Below, piece by piece: positions 26,215 to 39,258 of a DNA stretch of 64,000 nt. The DNA lies in contig NW_002060968.1 of assembly GCF_000150275.1 (NCBI RefSeq), positions 467,788-531,787 on the forward strand, in the 5' to 3' direction. Under the pieces are notes generated by a model. That model was not told the DNA's origin, searched no databases, and worked only from the letters and a program-made list of their open reading frames with translations. The stretch is from Trichoplax adhaerens (taxonomy: Eukaryota; Animalia; Placozoa). The translations under genes and the position numbers were made by a program. The first letter of the stretch is position 1, and each line of letters starts with the position of its first letter.

Positions 26215-27030
26215 ATGGTAAGTTTTCTCCCTTCAAAGTAGGGCCAGGATAGTAGACAAGTTCATTTGTTAGCCGACCCGACTTTCCTGATATTAGATAG
26301 CAGTGGATAAATATGAGTGTATCGTTTAATTAAGAAATTAAATGCCGATGCGACAAGTTGTCTCTCTTCAGAGTAAAGTCGAGATAGTAGACAAGTTGAT
26401 TTATTAGAGTTGACTATCCTGCTATTTGATAGCAGTAGATAAATATATAGCTGAAGAACATAAATACGGACCTGGCAAGTCGTCTCTCTTCGATGAAAAG
26501 TTGACACAACAGGCAAGTTAATTTGATTACAGACTTGACTTTGCTGGTATTGGATAGCAGTTGATAAATATATCGTTAAAAAACAAATGCTGAAATGGCA
26601 AGTCGTCTCTCTCTGATGTAAGGTCAAGATAGTGAACAAGTCGATTTTTAAACAGATTTAGCTTCACTACTCTTGGATAGCAGTATTAAATATACTGTTT
26701 GATTGAATAAAATACCAAAGGGACTATTCGCCTCTCTTTGAAGTTGAGATAGTGGATAAGTTAATTTGTTAACAGACTTGACTTTCAGCTATTGGATATC
26801 GTACGAATAGATAAATATTCTGTTTTAAAGAACAAAATAGCTATATAAAGTAAAGTTGAGATTGTCGAAAAGTTATTTTGTTAGCCGACTTGACTTTCAG
26901 CTATTGGATACCGCGCGAATAGATAAATATTCTGGTTTAAAAAACAAAATAGCTATATAAAGTAAAGTTGAGATAGTCGAAAAGTTAATTCGTTAATAGA
27001 GTTGATTTTCTTACTATTAGATAGCTGTAA
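26215..27030. repeat. Degenerate tandem array, about 7 units of about 112-132 bp
   Basis: Recurring GATAGTAGACAAGTT.ATTTGTTA..GACTTGACTTTC.G.TATTGGATAGCAGT.GATAAATA; GATA(G/T/C)C marker at about 26296, 26428, 26553, 26676, 26795, 26907 and 27020. Units 5 and 6 are nearly identical. Confidence 0.85.
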
Positions 27031-28132
27031 GTACCGTAATATAGAATTAATTGCTAGTTTTCAGTTTCATTCAAATTTTTTGTTGTTGCCCTTCAATTGG
27101 CAGTTACTAATCGAAAAAATTAGGCTTAAAATTGTATTTCAGTTATTTTTGTTTATATATCTGCTCCTTTATAGAACGTCAGCAAGGAAGAAGAATCTTA
27201 AATATTTGATTATGGATTTGCATTTATTGAAAATTCTTCCTCAATAAATGAACTTGTACTTCATAACTAAAAATGAGGTTAAATATGGGGTGATTGATGT
27301 GTTGATCTATTTAAAACAGGAAGACCCCTTTTAGATTGTAAAAAGTTATAATATGATAAAAAATTATCCTTATATGGCTTGAAAATAAATGTATAGACTT
27401 AATTTCAGATGAATCATAAACAATGATAGCTTGTTATAAATTAAATTATGAAAAGAATAGCCGATGCTATAGCTGGATAATCCAGAAAGAGTGTGAAGGA
27501 TTGTTTTGATGAATTTGCCATATAGTTTTAATCAGGCTTTTTTCTAAGATAAACCCTTTCAGTTTCACAAAGAATATGACATAAAAAAGTAGAATGCCAA
27601 GGAGTATTCAAGCTACTATATGTACGTTGTATGTACGTTGCACGTACATACACATATAAGCAGCAAAGATTTACTATTTAATTTTTAAGACATATAAAGT
27701 ACGAAAAATACCTCACATCTCCTTAACGCGGTTTTTTGAAGAGAGTTTTCTTCGTTATTTTGTAAAGTAATCGCAATTAATTATATCATAGTAACTAATT
27801 TGTCGGTGTTAGCTTCTCTGGCTTGCATTGATAAGATTTCAGATTCTAACTGGCTACAGTAGCCAGAATAATGTATGGTTGGATTTCTTAAAGTATCATG
27901 ACAAAATGTTTATGTCATATTTAGTTAAAGCTTAAATTGAGCATCCTGCTTTTAAATATTGGAGGATACAATATAAGTTAGCGGTAGTAAGCTGACTAAG
28001 AATGATTTATACATCTTTCAACAGTAATATGTAAGGAATATTATTGATAGAATACATACTCTAGCTATTTATATAAATTATGACTTTTAGCCTAGGTGAT
28101 ATTATCTCGATAAGCTAACGTCATTTTCATTA

Positions 28133-28280
28133 AGAATGAAAGAATCATAAAATACTAAAAATCAATTACTTTAATACCGGTACTAGTTAATATCAAACAG
28201 GATGTTAGAATGAAAGAATCATAGAATACTAAAAATCAATTATTTTAATACCGGTACTAGTTAATATCAAACAGGATGTT
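28133..28280. repeat. Recent tandem duplication, 2 x 74 bp
   Basis: AGAATGAAAGAATCATA.AATACTAAAAATCAATTA.TTTAATACCGGTACTAGTTAATATCAAACAGGATGTT at 28133 and 28207, with about 2 mismatches. Confidence 0.9.
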
Positions 28281-31018
28281 TTTGGATATGTTTATCCTAT
28301 GCCTATATATTTTTTTCTATAAATTGAAAATATTTTTCCGTTACCATGTTTATAATTTGACTATGCGTTATCTATTAAGTTATTATTGCTATCACGACAA
28401 TACTAGCATTCTAGGTGCTAAAAGGAATCGTATTGAAGTAACATTAAAAATACTATAGCCAAAGGTTTCATTATTATTATCAATTATATCAATGGATAAA
28501 ACAATATGAAATTTTACTACAAATATTATATAAATTGCTTGTTTAGCTTATTGCAAATGGAATATCTTAATGCCACTATTGCATCATACTAATCTTCTAT
28601 AGATTTCAGGCATAATATAGACATAAGAATTTTGCTATTGGCTTTAATCTATAAGCACATTATATAAGAAATTAAACGGTAATCCTATTTATAAGTTTTG
28701 GTTACTTCAAATATATTTGTACACTTACTAAAAAGAAATTGACTCAAAATTTTGTCTCATTCGAAATATTAGCAGTGATTTGCAGAGCCATTCCAATTTT
28801 TTATGCCCAGTTTTATATAATTTATCGCTAAGCTACACTCTTGCAGACTTGTAACATTAAGAATTGAGTATTTTAATATCTGTCATTTTTCAGATTAAAT
28901 TGACATATCCTATCACTGAGGTATCTAGGAAATGTATGACTTCGAGAGAATAATTTATGTATACCTATTACTACTTCATAGGGGATTAGTAAGATGAAAG
29001 TTCAATTATCAGATATCACTGAATTGAATATGAAATATTTAGAAGTTCGTTATCTTATTAGATTATGGATGCCTCTCTGCTGTATATCTACTTAAAACGT
29101 ATTGAAAGAGAAAAAATCCAAGTATTTAATGGGGTCTACTAGTACTATTTCGCTGAACCTTGCATTATAAACAAATGGCCCCGCAAGATATTATGAATGA
29201 ATTAACTAAAAATAGTACAAAAGATTAATTATTTCCACTTAACATTGTGTAGCTATTGGAAAGTTGCTCCCATTTCAATTTTTGACTAGATATCTATATA
29301 TTATACTATCCAAATTTTAGTAATCATGCATTTACTTTGAATTTTTGATTAATTACAAGCCATTGATATAGATATCATTTACAATTCCATTTCATTTAGG
29401 AAATTCATCTTAAATTGACGCTGTCATAAATATGCCTTAAAACAGGAGCCAAGAAATGATATTCGAAATGATTGTGATTGAGTTTTATTCTTTGAATAAA
29501 TCATTTGAGAAATAAAATTATATCTCATATCGATTATTTCACCACTAATATATGGCACCAAAGATGTTGCATAGAAGTGGTAGTATATAAATTACTGTGT
29601 AGCCATATCAGCTTATTTTACCGGCTATATTCGCGGATATTGTACGAAAATAAATTAAGTTAATGATTATTTATGAAAGCTTCGTATCTGTAATAATTAA
29701 AACCTGAAATTTATATTTAATTTAATTTTGCAACTTTCTAGGTAAGACAATGATTTTAAAGAGTACAATAATTTCATTTATTGACTTCGCCAAAGTTACA
29801 ATATGCGCGTGCATAACAAATACAATTAAAACAACTATCTATGTCTATTGCGAAAATTCTATGTAATATCTTGTGGGCTATTAGTTTATAATGCAACGTT
29901 CGTAAGGTATTCTCACAGCAGTTCAAATTAGTCGAGTTGAAGAGAAATATACTAGCCTATCGCTTAATTTATTATGTGAATTAGTCAGCATATAAGCAAA
30001 TAGGAAACGATGTTTGCAATGCCATAATATGTTTGAATACTAATTATATCAAGCGAAATAAGATAAATTTTAATTTCAAGATGAAACAAGTTATTATTCT
30101 GATTGGCTTTTACATAATCTTTATTGGCTTTACATAACCGAAGACCTCATATAACTTTCTGTATTAACTATTTTAGTAAGTCATTTAGCTGGATTTGGCC
30201 AAAACAAATTTATGGTGTGATATGATATTATTTGTCGGATTTTAAGGCTAGCGTGTTTTCGCGCCTAACTTATATATTTACTGCTTATTAGTCTCTATAT
30301 TGCTAACTAAATAAGGATATCCTATAAATACGTATTTGCTTTAATTTACTCAGATTTTATTGGTTAATATCTGGAAGAAAAAGCTTGTATTATTGACAAT
30401 TCAATCAACCTTAGCTATTGTTTATTTAATGTTCTAGAAGATACAATAGCCTAGTTTAACTTCGTGTTACGAAAAATTTTCTGGCCCTTCGAAGTCTTAC
30501 AGATTATAAATACAAAATATCAAAAAAGGGCTTCAATCTGCTAAAATTACATTAAATCTTTTAAGAATTTATAGCAGCATTATATATCCATGGAACATGT
30601 ATAAGGAATGTAGCCTTTAGATTAGCTTTAGAATCATCCTGCGACGAGTAATAGTAAAAATTAAGCTATCTTATCATGTAAACGTTCGTCAAATTATAAT
30701 GTCTTCTTGTTTACTTTATTGTTTGGTAAAGATTAATTATTTTGCATCTAGATCCTTTAATTAATATTATAATCTGATGGAAATTCTATATAGCGTGTTA
30801 CTGTAGCTTTTGCAAAGAGGGCGTTTCTATTCGGATAATTGCATAATTTACACTAAATAAAGCAATATGGGATACATTCCTAATTTGATGTAACGTTCTT
30901 AATCGCGGTTATCATAAGAGATATTAACTCTTATGAACTACTTTGTTTGTTTCTAGTTGTATTTATAATGACTCCAGCATTGTTACAAAAATATACTATT
31001 GAACGACTAATTTACAAA

Positions 31019-34000
31019 ATGGCTCCGATTATACTTTGCTTGATACTTCTTTCAGTTTGTCCATTATTAGGTAAGCTTAAAATCCTAATTCACGCAGCAA
31101 CTTTGAATTCTTGCAATATCTACTGATTTATTGTCTTCATTTTAATCAAATTTTGATCAGACAGATATTGTTTTATTTCATTTAAGATATTTAACTGAAT
31201 GGTAGTGGCACTAGCAAATTTTAAAATTTTAGTTGTGAATTTTGACAATCAGTTATAATCAGATGGCACATTATTGGCCATCAATGGTGTTTAATCTTTC
31301 GAATCAAACTTAATCTTACTCTACTTTATCTCTTTAGCTATAACTCTAAAAGAAAAAAATTTTGTTTAACTAATTTGGCACACCACTGTTGAAAAATCAT
31401 CTCGATATCAGCAATTACGCAACCAGTAAACATTTTATACATTAGCTTATACTTTACCAGCTAAACTAACGCTATCTCGCATTAAACTATCCTTTCAATC
31501 TCTTTCTATTTGTGAATTCATCTTTATAGTTTATAAGATCAGAACTTCGTAACACGTTTACCTATCATTAAATCTTGTCCGGGACTTGTACAGAGAATAG
31601 CTAGTTATGATGTTGCTATTAACTGCTAAATGCATATGATTTTTAAAGCCTTCTCTCAGTGTCCAGTGCAGTGCCAGTGCACAGGAAATCCTGTAACCAC
31701 CGTAGCTTGTACTGGATCACAAATCACATCTCTTCCAATATCTACACAAAACTACGATAAAGTTACTAAATTGTAAGTATAATCATTTTATCAAATTACA
31801 TTAAATTCATTGAAATTGGATTCATTTAGCAAAATAATTTATTTATTGAGATTTTTTGCTTGAAATTACAGCATTTTAGCTAATACCGCCGTCACTACTC
31901 TCCCTGTTAACAGCTTCAACAAGTTTCCAAACTTACTTCATTTGTAAGTATAACTCATATGCGCTTATTAGATTATAATTTCTTACCTATTTGGACTAAT
32001 ACTGCAAGCACATCATTGTTAAGGCAACTCATCTCGCCTTAATAAAATAACGTTCCATCACTCCTAATAAATGCACATAAATACAAGCCTTATACGAGTT
32101 TTATGCACTAGGAACTAACTAATGCCAGGTTATCGTAGTCAGTGCTATGTGAGAGAAGAAAGGATGAAAGAGGAAAGTTATTAATAGAATTGCGGCAGTG
32201 TAAATGATTTCTTCCATGTATATATTAACATACATTAGCATCAATGAACTAAAGCTATCATAGAGTTATACAGTACATTATAAACTCATCTGTAATTTGA
32301 TTTTGAAATCTACTTGGAACGTCCGTAATTTTTATAAGACATACCGTAGAATAGAAATAATAAAGTCTGAGAGGGTGTAGCAGTATCTTACTGAATGATA
32401 TCATTTTTGTTATAAATTATAAAAGATCTTCTGCAAGTTACGTGCTAAAAGTAATAAAATAAATTGCGTAGCTATGTTTCGTAGACGATTGTATATAACT
32501 AGTTATTTTACCTTAAATTGTAAAGTAGATATTCAGACTGAGGCACAGTTTCATACTGATGGATATTTCTAGATACATTAGTGAGTACTAATAGTAATGT
32601 AGAGAAGAGTGTATTTTTTTCAGGTAGAGCAATATTTTAGATAATGATATTATTTTATAGTAAATTATATAAGACTCTTTTAAGGATACGAATAGTAATG
32701 AAAGCAATTGAGGAAGAATGTGTTACTTTTCAGGTAGAGCAGAGTAGTAGTTTAGTTAATACCTTTTTTGTAACAACCATATATGGCTCTTGCTGAAGTA
32801 CTAACGGAAAGAAAGTAACTGTGTAGCTAAGCTTCGCAGATTTTCATGTTTGAGATGTTGTTATTACGATTAATTGCAAAACAGACATAAAAACTAAGGG
32901 CCAGTTTAATGCTTATAGTTGTTGATAGCTATTTGTTTATCAATAGCTAATTACAAGTTCACAGTATTAGACTAGAGATTACTTTCTGCTCTGGATCCCT
33001 TCTTATTGAGCGCGTTTAATAAAGTCTGCACGAATTAAAAGAGGGCAACAGCGATAAAATGTATTAGAACTGAGACTAAGAAGGCAGGATGATTGAATCA
33101 AATTAGTCTAGAATTTATTCTCCAAAAAAATTATAATAAACCAGCTAGTTCAACTACATCTATAAAATAAAATATTGTAGATATAGTAAATAGAATGCAT
33201 CGAGCAAAATGTAAATGATAAATTAGTTTACTTTGGTTAATTTTCTGTCGTTAGGAATAAATTTTAAAACAATGGCTTTGATAAGTTACTATTTAGTGCT
33301 AAATTTTAGATTAGCACATATAGGACAGCTTTTATTTCTTCAAGTTTGTCATGCAATCTTTATTTTGGTTTACATTTTCTGTTGTAGGTATTTGAGCAAT
33401 AACCTAATTAGTGATATTAAAGTTGGTGCGTTTAATAATTTGTCTGCCTTATCGTCATTGTAAGTGGCACAAGTTTAATTATTATTTCCATTTTTCGTAC
33501 CATTATTTGAACAATTCGTCGAATTGGTATTTATCGTCACATAACTTTTATTATGATTTCGTGCTCTTGTATTTGCTTTTTAGAGATTTATCTTCCAACA
33601 AAATACAAACTTTGCCAAACCTGGTGTTTAATTCGCTTTATTATCTTTCAGAATTGTGAGTAATTGTCACGGTACGAACTACCGTGAAGAAATAGCTATT
33701 TAAATTTGGTGAATATAATATAGTGATAATATATTACAACTAGTTACTTACAATAAGAATTACTCTAATTGTAAATGTTTTACTGTAAATTTAATGCTGT
33801 GCTCTAATGTGCACTGAAATGATTCTGTGAATGGACATGTTGTAGTCCGAACGTAAAAAATTAGTTCGTAGATGTTCTCACCTAAGTATTTTTATAAGAT
33901 GACTCGTGAATGTTAGCTGCTGTAGAAGGGTATATAAACCCGTCAGATAGTTGAATAAAGCAGTTGTCAATTGTCTAGTTGAGTTTAACGTAGAAGCAAA

Positions 34001-37000
34001 GGCGTTTAAATTCTAGTGAGATAGTTAAGGGATACTGAATCCCGGAGACTATAGTAATTTAGAGATTTGTTTTACGTTATCCTTGTCACGAAGCTGGTTT
34101 GTGACAGTAATATTTTAAATGAAGTTAATTTTACTTCTTTACGTGCTGATGATAGTAACTAAAATTGTAAATATGTAACAAATTGAATAGGTTATTGATT
34201 AAATTTGCATGATTGGACTATTTATTTGTTGTATTAAGAATAATTTTTGAATTTAATCTTTAAATGTCATATTTTATTATATCTTATGCCAAACTTATCT
34301 TGAATTAATAATTACAGTAATTATGATTGTTTTTAAAGCCTTTTAACTTGTTCCAGTAAAAATTATTCAAAGACAAGATAAATTCAATATAAGGCAATTC
34401 ACTCCGACAAATGCTGTGTATAATTGCTAGAAATTATTAAGCACGTAGACATTCGTCAAAATGATACTTTACTTTATTACTCTGCCATATAAGCTTTAAC
34501 TATAGTTTAGTAAACCGATGAGAAAATATCTAATACAATGGAATAAGATATTCATTAAAGTGTAAGTTGCCATTAATAGCGTTGAAGCAGCAAAAGTTAT
34601 AACTAGAACATGTACTTCTTAAATTATATTGCGAATAACTGCTTTATCCGCAGTAAATTTAAAGTATCTAAACGCTATCCAATACTAAGGAAGATTAAAA
34701 TAGTAATGTAAAAGAAAAAAAAAATTCGCAGATATTATAGTCTAGTGCTGAAAAATTTATAACCAGTGCAAATGTACTAATTAAGAGACTGCAAATAATT
34801 GTTTGTCAAGAGTAACTTTTAAAGTACCTCAATCCAACTCGATAGTACAGAAAATTAAAGTTACTTATCGGTATTCAATTATGACAATGATAATATTTTA
34901 TTACAGATTTAGAACAATCGCACATGACTACCCACATTCCTTAAAAAGTTTAGGCGGCACTTATTTCTTTTATATCTTCATTGAACTTGACTTGTATTGC
35001 TATACGAAATTTAAAACCTAAATAAGTGTTCCAGATTTAATTGATGTTCTTTTATTTTTCTGTCTGCTTGCTATCAGAAGTTAAATTGTATTTTTTAAAT
35101 GTTATCATTAGGGATCTGTATAATAATAGTATTTCCTCAATTCAAGATCAAGCCTTGGCTGGAATGAAATTTCTATTAACATTGTACGGATTATGATATT
35201 AACTGATTAATCGATTGATTCTAGTTACAATAATTGCTTCTATATCATAATGATGTCGTATAATAATCGATAGTACCGATATCTGAAGCAAATTATACTA
35301 TGAGGATGTGAAAATTTACATCTTTGTGTCACTGTTCTTGATTATGAATACTTTCGGTAACAACATTGAAGCATCATCTCCATTTATTTCTTGTTAGGCA
35401 ACTCTTTAACAACAAATTAACGTCTATTCCGTATAAAGCTCTTGAACAATGCCTACTTCTTACCAAGTTGTAAGTAAAATTTTAAATCAAAACAGTAAAC
35501 GTATCCAATCTATCCAGTAAATCCATGGTACCTGAATTTAATGGAACTAAATATTAAAATAGACTATTCTGCAAATTTTTATTTAACATTAATTAGAAAT
35601 TTGAAATATAACAGCATAACCTCAATTGATAGTTCAAAGTTGGATCTACACAAATTAACCGTATTGTAAGTAAATATTGCTTGAGAAAATGAACTTTTTA
35701 GATAGTATTCATAGTATTTATTTATTTTCGTAATCATTTTTACAAGTATTACTGAAGATCTACTCCCAGTTCAATATGATCTTCATGCCATCATTCTTGT
35801 AAATTAATCTTGATATCTTGCCAGCATGGTAACTGGACTCAAATGACATTTAATAAATAGATGGTGTTAATTAATATGACGCCTTATTAGAGAATTAGGT
35901 TTTAACAAGATTGCTTCTGTTGGAAATATGGCATTTGATAATATACCAAATGTTCTGATGATGTATGTACGCCAGATATGATCAAATAGCTGGTACTGCA
36001 CTATTTAGCAAACGGAAATTTTGCTCCAAGATTTAAAGAACATTTCAACTATTTCTATGTATAGTGATTTAACACATAACAACATTAAGACCATTACCCA
36101 AAGGATGTTTTCCAAAATTAAGAAATTAAAGTCTCTGTAAGTTTTGACTAATTACATCTTATACTAAGTGATAAGCTTAATATTACTATGTTAGCGAATC
36201 GTTTTAATGGCTACAGTATGTAGAAGTCCTTCTTCATTGAAACCAAATACAATTGCGAAAACTAATCTTTAAAATGCCTTATTGCCATTTAGGTCTCTTT
36301 CTAATAACAAAATAACATATATTCCGAATGGTTGCTTTATGGGGTTTAACTCGTTGACCAACCTGTAGGAATAAGATTTTTGTTCTGTTTGTAAAATTAT
36401 TACTATACATAATAAGAAAATCTACAACTTTATATTGCTAATAAATTAGTTTGCATCTCTGCTGCATTTGGTATTTATTGAAATAATTAGAAACGCTTTA
36501 ACAATTTCCATAAAAATAACTTTAATGCATTTGATTTTCAATCAAACTTTGGTTTAAAAAATTCTGCAGGGACTTAAGTAATAACCAAATTACCACGATT
36601 AACCAACAGAGTCTCGGATCATTACCTAGCCTTACGCAGCTGTACGCCAAATAGACATATCTTATATTGAACGTATCTTTTCTGCGTATAATTTATAGAT
36701 AATTTTTGAGTTATGATTGCTTGTATCCTTAGGAAAATAATTCGTTAATAATTTTAATAGTGCATTCATTTAATTTATGTATTTTTCGGCAGATCGCTGG
36801 GCTCTAATTTGATTTCGTATATTGCGGATTCTAGTTTCAGTTCCATGCCCAAATTAATGGATCTGTAAGTTTAAAATACTTATTTGTTAGGATTGAAATT
36901 TTAGGGTTTCAATTTTAATTTATCGATTATTTATGCTGAGATTTTTAACAATCAATGCAATTTTTTTGCAATGATTTCATAATGAGGTCACATATTTTAT

Positions 37001-38252
37001 CGTCCATAAATAAAGCAACTTGGGTAATAGGAACCTAATTTAATTTTTAAATTTTAGTTCGCTAAATCATAACCGAATACAAATGATTTCAAAAAATTTG
37101 CTTTATAATCTGAAGTCTCTCCGTTATATGTAAGAATGGATTAGCGTTAAGACTCAACTGAATAATATTACACTGTTATTTGCAATCTTCAATCTGTGCT
37201 AAAAAATCGTCTCTGCCGTTAGAAAAGATAAGCATAGCATCAATTTCATGCCAGATTTTAGAAATTAGCTTAATTTATTATTATCTCTCCAGCATTTTTC
37301 AGAGCAATTGTATTCAGAAAATCGCAGATAATGCTTTTAACCAAACACCAGGCTTGCAGATTTTGTCAGTTTAAATAAGATTTAGATAAGAAAATATTAA
37401 ATATATAAAAACATTATGTATATTTTTATCAAATAGTATTTTAAATTTTTATTGGCTGTCCAAACTATCTTAATCTAAAGATTACTAGACAATAATCGGC
37501 TAACAGTTATTGGTGACAAGACTTTTTCCGGATTAGGAAATGTGACGTTTATGTAGGTCTACAGCCCATATACTATGTAACAGCAGATAAATTATTTTCG
37601 CTTCATCGTGATCAGTTATGCCAATTTTTTAAATTTTATGGTGCTCAATGTATACTGCTTAACATCCTCCTAATAAGAAGAAATTTTATCCTAGAAATTT
37701 AAGAAATAACTATTTGGGTTGTATCTCCACTAAAGCATTTACAATGGCAACCAAATTAAAAGCTTTGTTAGTTTAGATCTATGATTAATTCCATAACAAA
37801 ATCCAAATTATCGAAATTTTGTTTGACCGGACAAGTTTAAAAATATCTTTTGATTTACCAAAAACTTAGAAATAGCAACTATTCAAAAGCTTGTTGTAAT
37901 ATTCCTGCTCAAGTGGCCTGTAACCCTAGGGCTCCTGGAAATTGTACAGGAATTTCACCGACAACGTGTGCAAATTTCAATGTAAACCCACCTCCAACAA
38001 GCATGACCTGCAATGCTAAGTAATCTTTATAATGTAGTACCGTTTTTAAAATTATTTGTTGTAATTGTTACAATATTAATCTTGATCTCGCTATAAAATT
38101 TTTACAAAACCAATTAAAGACCAGCCACACCCCCTTCCACAGTAATAATTGCAACTAGTACCGACGGAGCCACTCCAACATTTGCTTGGGCAAATCAACT
38201 TCTGATCTTTGTTGCTGCATCTTTAAATATCCTTCTTTATTGCACTTCTTAA
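31019..38252 (+). CDS. Secretory-pathway LRR protein 1: signal peptide, LRRNT, 15 LRRs, 6-Cys cap, S/T/P stalk, putative GPI anchor; 19 coding exons, about 511 aa
   Basis: Exons (all GT-AG, frame continuous): 31019-31070 (MAPIILCLILLSVCPLL; an in-frame upstream ATG exists at 30968), 31649-31772 (FSQCPVQCQCTGNPVTTVAC), LRR exons 31872-31943, 33388-33459, 33584-33655, 35112-35183, 35398-35469, 35597-35665 (69 nt), 35891-35962, 36065-36136, 36293-36364, 36570-36641, 36793-36864, 37058-37129, 37293-37364, 37481-37552, 37695-37766, cap 37870-38019 (NSNYSKACCNIPAQVAC...), last exon 38120-38252 (PATPPSTVIIATSTDGATPTFAWANQLLIFVAASLNILLYCTS*). Total 1536 nt. Confidence 0.92.
32583..32810. repeat. Diverged two-unit repeat (about 110 bp) in intron 3 of LRR gene 1
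   Basis: AATAGTAATG...TTTTCAGGTAGAGCA...TTTTAG.TAAT...ATATA.G.CTCTT occurs twice. Confidence 0.55.
33665..34106 (+). mobile_element. Solo-LTR-like element, family B copy 1 (442 bp), in intron 5 of LRR gene 1
   Basis: Termini TGTCAC...GTGACA; TSD GTAAT (33660-33664 / 34107-34111); TATATAA at 33931, TCAG, AATAAA at 33954; about 96% identical to 38817-39258. Confidence 0.92.
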
Positions 38253-38816
38253 CGGCTGTCTTTCAAATAGAATCAAAGCAGCGGACGTGAAATTACTTCT
38301 AACTTAGCAGTAAACATACCTAATTTGATTTATTGTAAAGTTTGTTAGATTTTACATTGGTATACCATTATTATGGCTTCCTAACTAAGATGTAAAATAA
38401 GTTATGATATAGATCATTCTCTTGCGTTACTTGTATAATTATCGCTGGCTCAATAACTTTAATTGATTGCATTAATAGGATAAAAATTCATATTTAGAAA
38501 AATAAAACTAAGTTAAATTCTCCATCTCTTGCTTTATTTAGCCACTGAGTAGGATTGTACAAAAATGTGACCGTAAATGCTGTCTAGTTGTAGCGACGTA
38601 AATATTAAAACTGCAGATAGGATACTTGCTTAACCCCTTATTTTGAGTTTTTAGTAACTGCATATCATCGCTGATTCCATAATATTTACTTGGGTAGCTA
38701 AATACGGAAATAAATAATCTAGCTATAAGTCTTAGCAGTTTATAGTCGTTACTCATTACGCATGAAATAGCATGGATAAAGTCAAGACTTTCTTAAAAGA
38801 TTTTGCAACATTTCGG

Positions 38817-39258
38817 TATCACGGTACGAACTACCGTGAAGAAATAGCTATTTAAATTTGGTGAATATAATATAGTGATAATACATTACAACTAGTTACT
38901 TACAATAAGAATTACTCTAATTATAAATGTGTTACAGTAATTGTAATGCTGTGCTGTAATGTGTACTGAAATATTTCTGTGAATGGACATGTTGTAGTCC
39001 GAACGTAAAAAATTAGTTCGTAGATGTTCTCACCTAAGTATTTTTATAAGATGACTCGTGAATGTTAGCTGCTGTAGAAAGGTATATAAGCCCGTCAGAT
39101 AGTTGAATAAAGCAATTGTCAATTGTCTAGTTGAGTTTAACGTAGAAGCAAAGGCGCCTAAATTCTAGTGAGATAGTTAAGGGATACTGAATCCCGGAGA
39201 CTATAGTAATTTAGAGATTTGTTTTACGTTATCCTTGTCACGAAGCTGGTTTGTGACA
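38817..39258 (+). mobile_element. Solo-LTR-like element, family B copy 2 (442 bp)
   Basis: Termini TATCAC (G->A mutated)...GTGACA; TSD TTCGG (38812-38816 / 39259-39263); colinear with 33665-34106 over its whole length. Confidence 0.92.

Noticed and set aside
26215-27030. CRISPR-like array or coding repeat (ORF 26262-26639)
   Set aside because: Eukaryotic context; repeats are degenerate and the 'spacers' are homologous to each other; the ORF has no credible protein features.
27620-27652. TATGTACGTTG duplication with a 10-bp hairpin (GTATGTACGT-TGC-ACGTACATAC)
   Set aside because: Too short and low-complexity to support a function.
33665-39258. Single LTR element that captured LRR exons
   Set aside because: Each repeat has its own TSD, and the enclosed exons are colinear with the paralogous gene that lacks the repeats.
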